This document shows positions 38,301-50,701 of a stretch of DNA of 64,000 nucleotides, piece by piece (position 1 is the first letter of the stretch; each line of letters starts with the position of its first letter). The notes under the pieces were generated by a model. That model had not been told where the DNA came from. It saw only the letters and a list, made by a program, of their open reading frames with translations, and did not search any database. The stretch covers positions 827,552 to 891,551 of the forward strand of contig BDGG01000011.1 of the NCBI GenBank assembly GCA_001949185.1, in the 5' to 3' direction. The position numbers and the translations under genes were made by a program. Source of the stretch: Ramazzottius varieornatus (taxonomy: Eukaryota > Animalia > Tardigrada).

Positions 38301-40917
38301 TCGTGCTCTTTTTGGCTCAAGCGGTCCTTGTGCGATTATCGTGCCGACCTTTTTCTTGGTGAAGTGGCGATGCTGCATGACTCTCTGATAACTTGAGCTT
38401 GTCCAGTTTGTCGATTCGCTCTCTGTGTTATCCTAAACTATGTTTTCGGTCAGTCGTTTGTTGGGTGGTGACGGTTGTTTCGCAGAAATCTGTGCTATTT
38501 TGCTTTGGTGTTTTCTGTGTGGTTTCTGGAATACTGTACTGCATGCTTGTTAAGTCGGGCACATCTAAAAAGTGATACTCTGACTAAGTTGGCGTTTTTC
38601 CTGCATGTGTTCTTGCTTTCGACTTTCTTCAGGCTTTGTGGAATTCAATTGGGAGGCCGCCAAACGAAATTTACAATATCGTCACTTGAAGTGGCGCATA
38701 CTGACATGTTGTTGCATAGAAGCGTGCGCGACTTGAGATAAGAATCTACGTTTCGTTCACCGGTCTCTCAATTGTTGCATCAGCAGCCTCATTTTGAAAT
38801 TTTCTACAGTCTGTCTGATCTTCTAAGCTGGACCTTTGTGTTTTTCTTGAACAGTACGACGAAATGTCCATGACAAACAACCGGCCAGGCTACTCTGAGG
38901 TGGTATCCCTGACGTTGGACGAGATTGCCTGGATTCGTGGTGCTCTAGCCAAAGCCGAGTTGGAGAATCTTGAAGAGCAAGATCAACGCCTCTTCGACAA
39001 TGTCCGCCAACAGAAGGTACGTACACACCACTTCAAGGTCCTCCAAACATTTCTTACCCGTCTACTTCTATTTTTCCACACTTTCAGATCTGTTTTTCCT
39101 GCAAGCGCGTCAAGTTCGGAACGTGGTGGATGCGCCAGTCCGGTGTTAAATGCCATCTGTGCCAAAATACCATCTGTACAGCGTGTTGTCGACAGGTCAG
39201 TCTCTCTCTCTCTCTCTCTCTTTTTCCATCTTCTTCCGGGTTCGATCAAGTAAATATTTAAGACCGTCGAAATGGCTACATTGGCCGGAAGTGACGCTAT
39301 CCTACATATCGGTCACCTGTGCCGTGAAATGTAAAGGCGATGGTGTCTGTTTGAGATTAAAGACCCAAAGTGGTCGTGTGAACTTAATCGTTAGTCGTTA
39401 AGGAAGGTTGAATCGTGATGTTGACTATTGTAGGATCTTTGAGTAACGTGTTGGTGCCTTTACAGATGGTCCTTCCGTGCGCCCAACTTGACCGCATTCC
39501 GGTTCACACGCTCAGTCCTGCCCTTGAGCCTGATCAACAAGACGAACGACATCTCAGGGATAATATTCCCCTGACACCTTCACCCAACCGCGACAAACGG
39601 TAAGAAACTTCATTCCTCCAGAACGATAAATTAAAAATAAAATCGAATTGGGAGGTCGGCAAACGAACCATACACGATCCTTTTTCGGTGGCGCACGGTT
39701 GCGTTGTTATTGACAGGAACCGTGCGCCGCTTAAACAGCGAGTTCCTATGTGGCGCACGTTTTCGTTGTTATTGGATGGGCGCATGCGCTAATTCAGATA
39801 ACAGTCTTACGTTCCGCTTGCCGCCCTCCGCTTTCTCGTAGGACATCCTCTTGACGAAATCTCAACAGTAGCTACACGGTTTCACCCGGTTTCACCATCT
39901 TAAACCACCTCAACGAGTTTGATCCACTCGATGATGAGCTTCACTCAATAATACACGACAAAATACTCAAATACAAAACAGACATCTTTTGCGAGGCTTC
40001 TGAACGTCAATCGGACGTTTTGGTGGTTTTCGTAGGATGATAGCTTCATCGACGGTTCCTCGCCAAAAGCTCCAACGGAGCATGACCCATGACTTCACCA
40101 CCTGCGCAACAATGCCCAAAGCCCAGACACGACAACGTCTGCCTCTGCGAGACGGTCTTGCCATGAGTACCCAGTCCTCGCCACTCCCTCGCCCTCCAGC
40201 AACAAGCTTCAACCACAGTCCTCTCCAGACAGCGCAACGGCGGAAGATCAGCCTGCCTTCCGAAGAAACCGCCCTGCTCATCCAGGTGTGTTTCAGCCAG
40301 AGCGATCTGGTCGATTTTACCCAAGTGGCGCATGCCGTCACTGCTGATGGCTGTAAGCGCGCACCACTTGTAAAAAGTGATCTTGTCCAGTGTATCTGCT
40401 TTCTTCCAAGTGGCGCATGTTTCCAGTGTTATCGACTGGAAACGAACGCCACTTGGAAAAACGATTATGGCGAGTTTGATTACCTGAGGCTTAGGTGTCA
40501 CGTTCGAAATTGTTCTTTCAGGTTTGCATAGAGTGTCACAACGTCCTCTACCACGCCATCATGGAGAGTCAGGCCGAGAGGTTTTCCCTCCACAGTGCCC
40601 GCGTTCACCAGCTGACCGGTGGACTGGATACCCGCCAAAGACGACCTCTTCCTCTCCGCAGGGCCACCATGACGGAGCTGGGTCCGTTGAGCACCGCTGC
40701 CTCGTACCACACCTCAGCCTCCAGCGTCATCAGCGACTCGCAGAGTGACTCGCTGGATGAAGATTTCAACGCAGCGGACATGGAGGACTTCCTGGAAGAC
40801 ATTCAGGCCCACGCACGGCAGAGCGAGCTCCTGCAGGCAGAGAGTGTCTCGCCTGCTGCGTCGCGCTCTGACTCGACGAATTCAGAAACTGGTTCTTTCT
40901 ATAGCAATCATATTTGA
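29365..40917 (+). CDS. spir: Spire actin nucleator (KIND, 4xWH2, Spir-box, FYVE-like zinc finger)
   Basis: KIND LPLSRIIAAFEVGINEEQSWAVLHQAC; WH2s WVKVMESLREGVQLRKV, PYEMLMEDIR, HDIILEYIRSRPPL, EALMDSIRK; Spir-box LTLDEIAWIRGALAKAELE; Cys pairs CFSC/CHLC/CTAC/CIEC. Start codon uncertain (acceptor at 29347). Confidence 0.92.
33612..33640. repeat. (GTTTC)n microsatellite in a spire intron
   Basis: Read directly from the sequence. Confidence 0.85.
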
Positions 40918-41344
40918 TTTTCCAGAAGGGGGATATTTTACGGCTTTTTCTCTGTGAAGCTCTCTGTTTACAAAGTTTTACGGATGAAATATTCATTATT
41001 TTTTGGATATGTATTGATGTTACCCGGTTAGGGAAGATGAAGTCTTTGAATTTTAGCTGACAGTTTCGGACTTTTTGTGGAACTTAAAGTTATACACATG
41101 TATGTTCCGATACATCGGGATCCGATACTGGCCAGATTTCACAGTAGCAAGTGTGGTAACACAGCAGACAAGATACCTGTAAACAAACAAGCGGCGACAC
41201 CGTTCTTCTGGGGAGAAAGCTCCCGGGCGCCGACGGTCGCTAGTGTTATCCGAAGAGAACCGACCGACAAGGAGTCATATCGGTTGTCTTACCAGGGTTT
41301 TCCTGGCAGGTCGACTTCCGCCGTCGAGGTTCTTCCGGAGTTTC

Positions 41345-42522
41345 TCATCGATAGTTTCGTAGGAGGATGAGACCTGCCGCGTTTCCTTTCGTTCTGCAGT
41401 GCGGACACTCAGCCTACAAGGACAAACGTCTAGAGTAACATGATTTTACGAAGAGGGGTTCACGGAAATGAGCAGAAATTTACGTGGGTGGAGAACCAGT
41501 GCGCCGCGCATTCCCAACAGAAGACATGGCCGCATGGAGCCAATGTCGGGTCTGTCCTCGGACCTTTACACATCGCACAATCGGGTCCAGCTTCGCCACC
41601 CTTCTCCTGTCGATTGGTAGGTGCTTCCCTTAGCATCGTGTACAGTGACGATGTACGGAGTTGTCGGTTTATCCTAAGGAGAAGAATGAGGAGAAACACC
41701 AGCGAAGTCAAACGAGAAGCTCGACCGCCTTTCTTCGTCCCCACACGAATCTGAAAACCGACAAAGATTTCCAAAAAGTTAAATGAAGAACAGGAAGAAA
41801 TTGATTATCGAGCGTACATGTCTGATTCGGAGAATCCAGTGGAGCAGTTCGAGGCATACGATGCCCTGAATATCGAAGACACTCCGTCGAGCAATGGAGA
41901 ATCCGTCCGCAAGCCATCGTAGTGCTTCGATCACAAACGTCGACAGAACGTTTCTGTGGCATGTAGTGAAAAAAAGACGAGCTAAAGCTGACAGCCAAGT
42001 GTCTCCGAACGACTGGGTTACTTCAGACAAGAACAACTTCTGAAAAGCAGGAGAGCAACAGAGTGTCCAATTGCACAACTTATTCCTCAATAAAAGACGC
42101 GCATGACGTAATGTTATGGCATTGTAACTAGCGAGCTGTTATAATGTGCTGCGCCAGTTACGAAACTTCTTACGTACGATGAATGAGACTGGTTGCTGTC
42201 TGCCTGCCTCCACCGGCGCAATCCCGCATATCTCTTGTCCAAGACTTGATGGATGACCAAAACTGGTCAGTAAACGATACAGCAGGGATGTCCATCGATG
42301 TATCAGGGCAAGATCCCGTGAAACAAAACTGGGACCTACAAACGAAACAAAGTTGGAAGTCTAAGTTACCCAGCGATATGAAGCACTAACAAAAGAGGAA
42401 TACTCACTGCCCAAAGACTGCAGAATGTTCAGGGAATGTTCCTCCAGCTCTTTAGCGTATACCCTGTCCTTGGAGCGGGCCTGTATGATCTCAAGCAACG
42501 ACACCTCTCGAAGGGAAGACAT
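41345..42522 (-). CDS. PEX10: Peroxin-10 RING E3 ligase
   Basis: N-terminus LEIIQARSKDRVY (Pex2/10/12 N domain), QSFGDTW at the QTLGEEY position, C3HC4 RING CAMC...CGHVFCWEC...CPHCR, ending LILLRNYR*. Confidence 0.82.
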
Positions 42523-42688
42523 GGTCGAGCGAAAACCAGCAGCGGAGGAAACAAGAAATCGCGACTGAATAAAAAGCCTGTAATATACACCAGGAAACCA
42601 GGAACAAATCTCCTAACGGAAATACTAAACGCTCAGACTCAGGAGGCTGCCACAAAAATGAAGCAATATGCTACAAAAAGAAGTCGAG

Positions 42689-43431
42689 TTATGAGCTGGT
42701 TGGCTTTTCGACGAATTTCTTGACTTCTCTCTTGATAGCCTCCTCGTTCTCCACATCGCGGCTCTCGCGCGGAAGGTAAACTAAACCATGTGGACCACTG
42801 GACGAGTAATGTTCCAGATGAGGCAGCGCGAGGAGATTCTCATGAAAGTCATGAAGGAGGTACATCCAACAAACCAGAATTTCCTTTGGGACGTCCGAAA
42901 TCGACAATTCGATTTCTACCGAGCGCCTAATGTAGTAATCAGGGTGCTTCTCCAGATTGTCCAGTCTTCGCAGACATTCGTCGTTCACATCCCAAATTTC
43001 TCCACGAATTCTCTGTGGAAAGAACCAGGTGAAAACCATTCCATTCCCAAAAGTGGCGCAGCCATTATTTTGTCCGTGATCAATCACCCCGGTTCACAAT
43101 ACAAAATTCATTCCGTCCGGGGGAAAATTCACGTGTGTGCGGCGAATCCTGTTACTGACTTCTTTCTGATATAACCACATGCAAAATACTTCTGACACAG
43201 AGGGTTTCTTCGTCTGCGCTACAAATAAAGTTTGCTTACCTGGCCAGTTCCTGGAGAATCCAAGGCGTAAGGAAGGTTGTATTTTGATGCGATGAGTAAC
43301 GGGAATGGCTGAATCGTTCGTCCTTCTCCAATGAAAACAGGCTGGTTTTCGGTCGTGCTTGTCGGATCAACCAGAACGTGGTGATTTGGTTCCCCGCGTT
43401 TGAGCGTTCCGTAGACAAACACCACAGGCAT
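42689..43431 (-). CDS. GGACT: Gamma-glutamylamine cyclotransferase (GGACT/AIG2-like)
   Basis: MPVVFVYGTLKRGEPNHH...FPLLIASKYNLPYAL...G|RIRGEIWDV...LDNLEKHPDYYIR; two exons. Confidence 0.9.
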
Positions 43432-43501
43432 CCTTGGTCCTCGATCTTGACCCACCAAACGACAGGAGGAGAAACCGTAATCCTGGTTTGGGATTTGGGA
43501 A

Positions 43502-43941
43502 GAGAGCACGGAATCTGGCCGCATGCACTGCGCTACAATGCAGCGTGTACTGCGCTGCACTGCAGAACAGCTGCAGCTCGTGAACTGACGAAATTTGTGC
43601 GGCACAGCACAGCATACAGCAGAAAGCCATAGACTACCGCGCAGATGCACCTGCCGCAACCTAACAAAAATTACAGCATTAGGCATTCGAACGTCAGCCG
43701 TCTCAGCTTTGCCGTACTTTAGGGCAACGTTCTCCAGGTTGACTACCGATTTCGCTGACTGAATTCCATCCGCGTCAATACATCGGCGTTCCGCGCAGTT
43801 GCACCAGGTCAACGTGCATCTACAGCACAGCTACTTAGCCACTGGACATGAAAGTTGTGCAGCACAGCACAGCGTAGAGCGCCCTGGTAATGTGCGCAGA
43901 ACAGTTACAGCGTACTTTTGGACCTGCGGCCCAGTGCTCTA
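43502..43941. mobile_element. hAT-type MITE (440 bp)
   Basis: 8-bp TSD TTTGGGAA (43494-43501 and 43942-43949), TIR (G/T)AGAGCAC...GGCCGCA, subterminal GCACA/GCTGC repeats. Confidence 0.75.
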
Positions 43942-44870
43942 TTTGGGAATAAGTGACTAATGTCTGATGCAGGTGTAGGATAGCAAGCCAATCTAGGTAG
44001 GGAAACGATATAGCCTATATCAAACTTTCCGCTACAGTTGATCGACTGATTGCTTCTGCCTTCGATGCGGGTAATTTAATGATCCAAAAGCACGTAGCCA
44101 TAGCGTTGTTAACCTCTGAAGCAAATGCAGGAAGTGCATTCCTACTCCGCTTTTCTCTTCTTGCTTGGCTTCAGTATTTGAAGCGTTCAGAAAGTTACAC
44201 CGAAACTCCAAACAGCGCTATTATTTTGCGTGGTCGTTGCAGATTATAGCTACAAGAAAAGGCAGTTCGCGAACACTTTCAAGCACTTTTCAAAACGGGG
44301 GGTGCGGCTTATTTTGTGCCCGTCAAATTCGATGAGAACTGCAGCCACTCGTTCAACGAGCACAATGGCAGGGACATGCGTTCCGTCAGCTATTTAAGCA
44401 AGAGCGTGTCGTTTAGCAGGCCGTACTTCGAGAGCGAACAAGGCTGACGTTATGCGTTTCTGTCCCCCTTTATCAGTCATTTCCTGGAAAGGGCTGTCAT
44501 CTTCATTGTGTCCAGTTCGGGATAGCCTGGAAACGCATGTGCTCGATTTTTCGGCTCCATAGCCGTCGCTACAGATCGAATAAATTCAAACGGCTTGTTT
44601 CAGTTTTTTAGGAAAGCGAGAATGGGGCACACTTATGGGTAATCATCGGTTTGAGTCTGGTCTGACGGTTCACTCGGTTTCATGCAAGCGAGGGCTTCCA
44701 ATCAAGACCGAAAAATGAAGGTCTCGAGTCATGAGGCGGTGATACGTAGAGCTACTTGACTGCTGCGGTGCGTATCGTCCTTCAATAAACCTTGTCTGAT
44801 ATGTGCTTCTGAACAAAATTAAGAGTACCGAAATGCTGCAACTGTCCTTGCGTAATCGGAGCGGTGAAAA

Positions 44871-45340
44871 TTCAAAAAGGATTTGCTGTTTCTGAACCTA
44901 GGGTGGTATGCTGCCGCACCGCCCTAGGTAATTCCAGTAACTGGGACCGTCGAACTGATGTCTTCTGTCAGTTTCGATATAATGACGTCACAGAGTACCC
45001 TTAGTGGTATTGCAGGACTGTACTGGCTGACGGTGTGTGGCCGAGATGGGAGGGAATGCTACTCTATAGGGTACAAATGAGGCGGTTAACTGGCGTCCCT
45101 TGAAACAGACAGCAGGAACTTTTAGAACTTGTGATTTCCGGGTTTGATGTCACGGAAAACCGGTAATTCCACTCTATCGCCTGCTCCCCACTTTTCCATC
45201 CTGCCGTTCCCACCCTGTTCTCCCAGGGTGAAAATTTCCACCTCTTGTATATCTGAGCCATTTAGGGTGGTCGTTTTTCCACCATTTCCGGTCCTAGCCG
45301 ACCCTTAGTCTGATGTGCTGCGAAAGGGGGCCGGGGGTTC
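44871..45340 (+). ncRNA. Candidate structured non-coding RNA of unknown identity
   Basis: Nested helices with G-U pairs favouring the + strand and no convincing ORF; see findings. Confidence 0.35.
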
Positions 45341-45804
45341 TGCTGGAGCGCGGGCTTCAACTTTCAAGCGGTTGATTGATTGCGTTTCGCTAACAAGCAA
45401 GGAAAGTTGTGACAGATATGATATCACATGGCACGACATAGCATGACATGAGATGATTATGCAACAGCGCGACGAGCATCCTTTTGTTCTTTTCGGCTTT
45501 TCCCGCATCTCCGTATGGTTTCTAAAGACCTTTAGAGTCCCTGGTACCTCTAGAAACCTCTAGAAACAAAATGAATCGAAAAGAAATATCCCACTCTTAA
45601 AGGGTCCCTTCGTTAGATTCAAGGTACATGGTAGTCGGTTCGGATTTCTGCTCAGAAGTCTGTTTTAACGGTAATAAAGATAGCGGATCATGCTATCGTT
45701 TTGCACTTCACTAGTCTTCGGTCGGTGCTTTTGGGAACAAGGCGCGTAGAAACAAGAAACAGACTACAGAACTGTCAGATCTATTCGTCTTTTGCCGCGT
45801 ATCA

Positions 45805-48800
45805 TTACAGCGGGATAGAGCGAAATGTAACAGGAAACCGTTTCTCACTATTGCTTATCAACGACACAATCCAGTTGTACGCTTTTGCATCCACCACCAA
45901 ACACTTCTGCACCATTCCCATCGCTTGCTCTTCAATTTCCCTTCGACAAGTTTTACCCAAAGGACTAGCCTTTCTCCCTTCCAGACACAGCACAGTGGAG
46001 AAGGCCAACCATGCAAGCGTCTCGATGGCCAGTGGGTCGTTCAACTGCCCGTTCTGCTGCAGAGATGCCTGCCTGCTTGTCAACATCCGGGCTAGATGGT
46101 ACATCATCTATTAAAAAGCAAACCTTTCACAATTTAAGGCAGATAAGCGGAACCGGATCGTTGCTTCAAGTGGTGAACCTTTCCGTTCTTACTGCCTAGA
46201 AGCGTGCGCCACTTGGGAACATGATCTGGTTCAGTTCAATTGTCAATAATCATACTGTACGAGGTCGCGGTTCGACACGACAGTGAGTTGGTCAGTTCTG
46301 ACGATACCTGGTATAGTATGCGTAGTACTTCACGCTTCCCACGCTGGGACTTCTGACAGGTCCGCCAGTATGCAAGGAGGTCCATGGCGCACAGGACGAA
46401 CATCTCGTACACATTTTCGATGCAGGATTTTTGCGGACCGCAGTGGAGATCGAAGAGAGCCATGGCGAACTTACCCAACAGACAGAAGGTGAGGGAGTTC
46501 CGCAGCGTGATGGCCGACGAGTAGGAAACAGAAGCCAGGTAGCGCAGACGAAAAGCGTGGTAGCGACGCATGTCGACTTTAAGCGAAAGATCTTGCGTCA
46601 AGTTGAACACCCAGCCGTACCACGAAACACTCGTCACACCTGCCAAAAATATTTCTATAAACACTACTTCCATTTTGATGTACTGAAGCTAGGCAAACAA
46701 ATTCCCCAAGATTATTTCCCCAAGTGGCTCACGTTTCCGGTGGAACAGGCTGACTGCATGCGCCACTTGGAAAAAGATCCTGTCGAGTGTTTTTGCTGAG
46801 CTCCCATGCTTGTTCATTCTTCTCATTTATTCCTTGTCAGTCAATCACACTTTACTATCTTTCTTTCAAGACCTTGATCGCTGATGGGCGTAAGCGGCAA
46901 GTCAGGTAAATTCAGCGGAAGGTTCGTGCAAGTCTTCTTCGGGTTGAACGTAACGCCAGCTGCTGGATACCCCTTCAGGATCAACGCCAGGAACCTTCGA
47001 ACTTTGTTCTGATCGGGCGAGATGTACAGGATGTCATCCATGTAACGCATCATCAACTCGTCTTCGGTGACTGGGATACCCATCTCGTTCTCCAGCGCCC
47101 CGACGTACAGCTGGAGGAAGAGCGAGGACAGGGGACCACCTTGTGGAATGCCGCGAAGGAACGTGAACCACACGTCTCTGTTCACTGAACGGAAGACGGC
47201 ACGTTTGGCCATGAAGTTAATATCTTTGAATGTTCGCTCGAAGTTCAGGACTTGAGGCTTCAAATACCGATCCTTCTCTGCAATGCAAATATTATATCCG
47301 AAATTGATTTCTAGAAATATTTAATAAGAACTCGGCAAATACACTTGACGTGAGTACTTTTCCAAGGGGCGCAAGCTACCGTTTAATAACAAAGGAAACG
47401 TGCGGACCTTCGGAAACCTTGTCGAGTTTTCAGGTGGCGCAAGCTTCCATTCAATAACAATGCAAACCTGCGCCTTTTGGGAGACAATATTATCAAGTTT
47501 GCCTGCCGAACTTTCAAGAAGCGTTACCAAGAACTGCGAATCTCGTTCTACCGATAAAATCATAAAACAGCAGTTTCATTGCTATTCGATGGTTAGTTTT
47601 AGAGAAACAGACCGGCAAAGTTCGCGACTTCCGCTCTGGACAGTAGTCTGAACCGCGGTCCACTCCCGGGTACCATCCTCTTGCGTCCTCCGGTCGCGTC
47701 TCGCCCAAAGTCATACAGGAAGAAGAACTCCAGTTCTTCCGCCTTGCATCGATGGTACAGCATGTCCAACAGCTTCCTTAGGATACCCAAATGGACATTG
47801 TCGTAGGCTTTCTCGATGTCACAGGTGACAAAGTACAGAGGGCGCTGTTCTTTCGTTTGTAGCCGGTGTTGTCGGAACTTCATCCAGCCTTGCTGGACTT
47901 CGATCGTGGTGGACCGACCGAAGCCCCGAAGTTGCCTGTCCCTTTGGATCAAGTATCGGAGAAGGACACCGGCATACCAGATGCGAAGTTTAGTCACATA
48001 CTCGTAGCCGTTGTGAAGCTCGCTTTGCTCGCGGACCATTATCGGACGAACACCAAAAACTTCCCTGTGAAGAGAAGACATTTGAGAGCCTGTAAAACAA
48101 ACTCGACATGACCGCTTTCCCAAGTGGCGCACGTTGTTGGTCTTATTGGCTGAAAGTGTGCGCCCCTTAGGAGAACGATCTGTTCGTTCTTTTTTCCCGA
48201 GTTCCCACTTATTCGGTTTGAAATACAAAACAAAAAAGGAATGATAAAACGCGAGAACAGAAACTGAAGTTTCGCGAAAGTAAAACTCTCGAGACAGAGA
48301 TGGAAAGCAGGAAATGTATACCTAGGAATGAATCGAGTAAGGAATACCGGCTGCATGTTCCTTCTGACGCCGAGGAACATGCTTTGTTCTGAGGTTTCGC
48401 CTAAAGTTTTGTCGTGGATCGGCTCGCTGGAAAGTTGATGCCATAGCTTGCTTTCGACGTACTCTTGTTCGGCTTTGAGACAGACAATATCCCACAGGTC
48501 TCTTCGGAAGAAGCACCGTTCTTTCTTGCCGCTCTGTGAAGCCGTCGCGTAGAAGAGACGTTTGATCAAGGGATTTACCACCTACGAAATTACATGAATA
48601 CATTAATAGTCCTCCTCACGACAGGCCGTAAAACTCCGTTGATTGTATTGATCTTGAAAGTGGATTACGGAGTTTCGCTTTCAAGATAGGCAGCCATCGA
48701 GTAGCTTATCTTGAACGCGAAAACGGATTATTCTCTGCACACCTGACTCAAAAATTCAAATTTTCATTTCTCAGCTGGTCTCTGTCTGCGCAGTGCTTCA

Positions 48801-50195
48801 TGTCGCGAGATTCCGTTTCGCGTATGAGCTTCTTGATACCTATTAGTGTCGTGGATGTCGGAAGACAGAGACTAGCCAGAGAGAAAACCATGAATTTCAG
48901 TCTAGTCAGGAGGCAAAGTTGCCTACAAACCTACCCCGCAAAACTCGCGCGTTCCGGACCCGTTTCCGAAACTTGCGAAAAACTCAATTTTGCCCCACTC
49001 ACGACTAATTTCCGTTGATCAAGCAAACTCACATTTTAAATCAACTGTTTGCGACATAAACAGCTCGTCGTGAGGAGGACTAATGTAGTAGTAAGCTGAA
49101 AAGTCCGTGAAGTTAAAACAGGTAAACGTACTTCGGAGAAAATCCAGAAAAAGAATTCGGCCACAAACATGTCTTGATTGTGTTTCGCAGCTCTCTTCAA
49201 CCACGGAAAATCCTCCTTGTCCATCGAATAGACCAGCGTCTCGACGTGCATCTTGTCGGCAATACCGAGCAGCAAGTAACGCTTCAGTATCCGTTGAAAG
49301 GCCTTCTCGTTCCGGCGACTCCCGAAGACTGCATCACGATCCAGCGCCACGACGCAGTACCCACGAAGTACCGCGTACACGTCGTGGACGGAAGTGGCCA
49401 GATGGACCATTTCCAAGCTTTCGCTGGAATTCTTGCGAAGGTATTCTTTTAGCATGTTTATCTGGCCAGATTCGGACAGCGCACGTTGCTTGCCTCGAGT
49501 CTTCTTGGAGTGGACTGGGGGAGAAGCAACGGGACCATCTACGCCCACTGGCGTACCTGTGATTGTGGATAGTATGTCATAACACATCGCATTGCGTTCA
49601 CCTGACATATGCACAGAATTACAATCGAAATTCAGAAGTCGCTGGTAAACTAGAAAATGGCCTCTTTGACGTCACACTGCAAATGGTGACTATGCGTTGT
49701 CCACGGTTAAAAAACTGTGACGTTAAACTTCCTTTCTGTTCGGTAAAAAACCACAACAGAGCCAAAACTCTGATTTCCAGTTTGCAGTTTACCTGTTGCT
49801 TTGGAGTTCACAAGGCGAACATCTGACTCTAGCTGCACGCCATTCTTCTTCCAGGCTTCCTCGATGGAATGTAGAGCAGCATAGGTCGCCAGGAAGCTCC
49901 GCGGGTTGAGTTTGGTGACTTGTCTGACAATGCCAGCCAGCATGCCATCGATGGCTTTGCGTAAGAATGTCTTTGGGTAGATTTCAGTGAAGCATTTCGG
50001 GAAGACTTCTCCGGTCAGCTGTATAGCCTTCAGGGCGTCCTTGGCACGAAGAAGCAGTGGCCCAGGAGGGTCTACCGCATACAGCATCCGCTCATGGGGG
50101 AGGTAGAGATGCGTCTCGAGCAGCAGCCGGCGGTCAGGCGAAACTTGGGGCTGCTTTGCAGGGATGGTCGCTTTGGACTTCGTAACGGTTTCCAT
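45805..50195 (-). CDS. TERT: Telomerase reverse transcriptase, 874 aa, 7 exons
   Basis: Exons 50195-49793, 49601-49132, 48581-48322, 48064-47613, 47277-46873, 46639-46308, 46107-45805 (2625 nt, all GT-AG, phases match). QFP region VFGSRRN...FPWL...FFFWIF, T motif LFYATA...FFRRDLW, motif 1 RFIPR, 2 VRPI, A YFVTCDIEKAYD, B' GIPQGGPLSSL, C RYMDDILYI, D GVTFNPKKT, E WYGWVF, then the CTE. Confidence 0.95.
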
Positions 50196-50420
50196 GACAG
50201 TCTCTCTCAGGATGGCAAACTCCGTTCACGTCTTCTTTCTGCTTCCTTGGATTCGTTCCATAACCTACAGAGAGAACACACAGACACATACACAAGTCCA
50301 GATGAAGGAGAAACCCCATCAAAAGACAATCATTTCACAGAAACATCCGTCGTTATCCAATAAACCAATCAAGCCCGTGTTGTTTTGACCCGAAGAGCAC
50401 TCCCAGTGAAAAGTTCGGGC

Positions 50421-50701
50421 CAGCGGTGGACGGGTGATTTATTCAGCCTAATATCGAATACAACGGAACCGCCACCTACGACCTGCCAAGAACCAGTACA
50501 AACGGGTAATCTTATCATCAGTGTGCGAATTTTACCTCTAGTGAACAAGAGACATGGTGCTCGAACGACATTTGGAACGGTATTTTTCATATGAAAATTA
50601 TTAATCGACCGATTGCCGTTCCAAGGTTGGGCTGCGCTTGAGGTTGTGAAGCCGTTCAGTGGTTTGCGTAATTCACTAAATAAATCACCCGTCCACCGCT
50701 G
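50421..50701. mobile_element. hAT-type MITE (281 bp) between TERT and the chromodomain gene
   Basis: TIR CAGCGGTGGACGGGTGATTTATT, perfect over 23 bp; 8-bp TSD GTTCGGGC at 50413-50420 and 50702-50709. Confidence 0.9.

Noticed and set aside
39200-39220. (TC)n run and other short simple repeats (6590-6598 poly-G, 45416-45455 CATGA-like)
   Set aside because: Ordinary microsatellites with no sign of function.
45285-45350. Hammerhead-like core CTGATGT...GAAA
   Set aside because: The conserved CUGANGA is broken, and I could not build stems I and III with a valid NUH triplet.
45300-45540. RNase P RNA (minus-strand TCAGACTA resembles CR-V)
   Set aside because: No matching CR-I able to form P4 was found upstream.
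45805-50195. RT read as a retrotransposon or Penelope-like element
   Set aside because: It has six spliceosomal introns, TRBD motifs (QFP, T) and a CTE, and no endonuclease; this is TERT.
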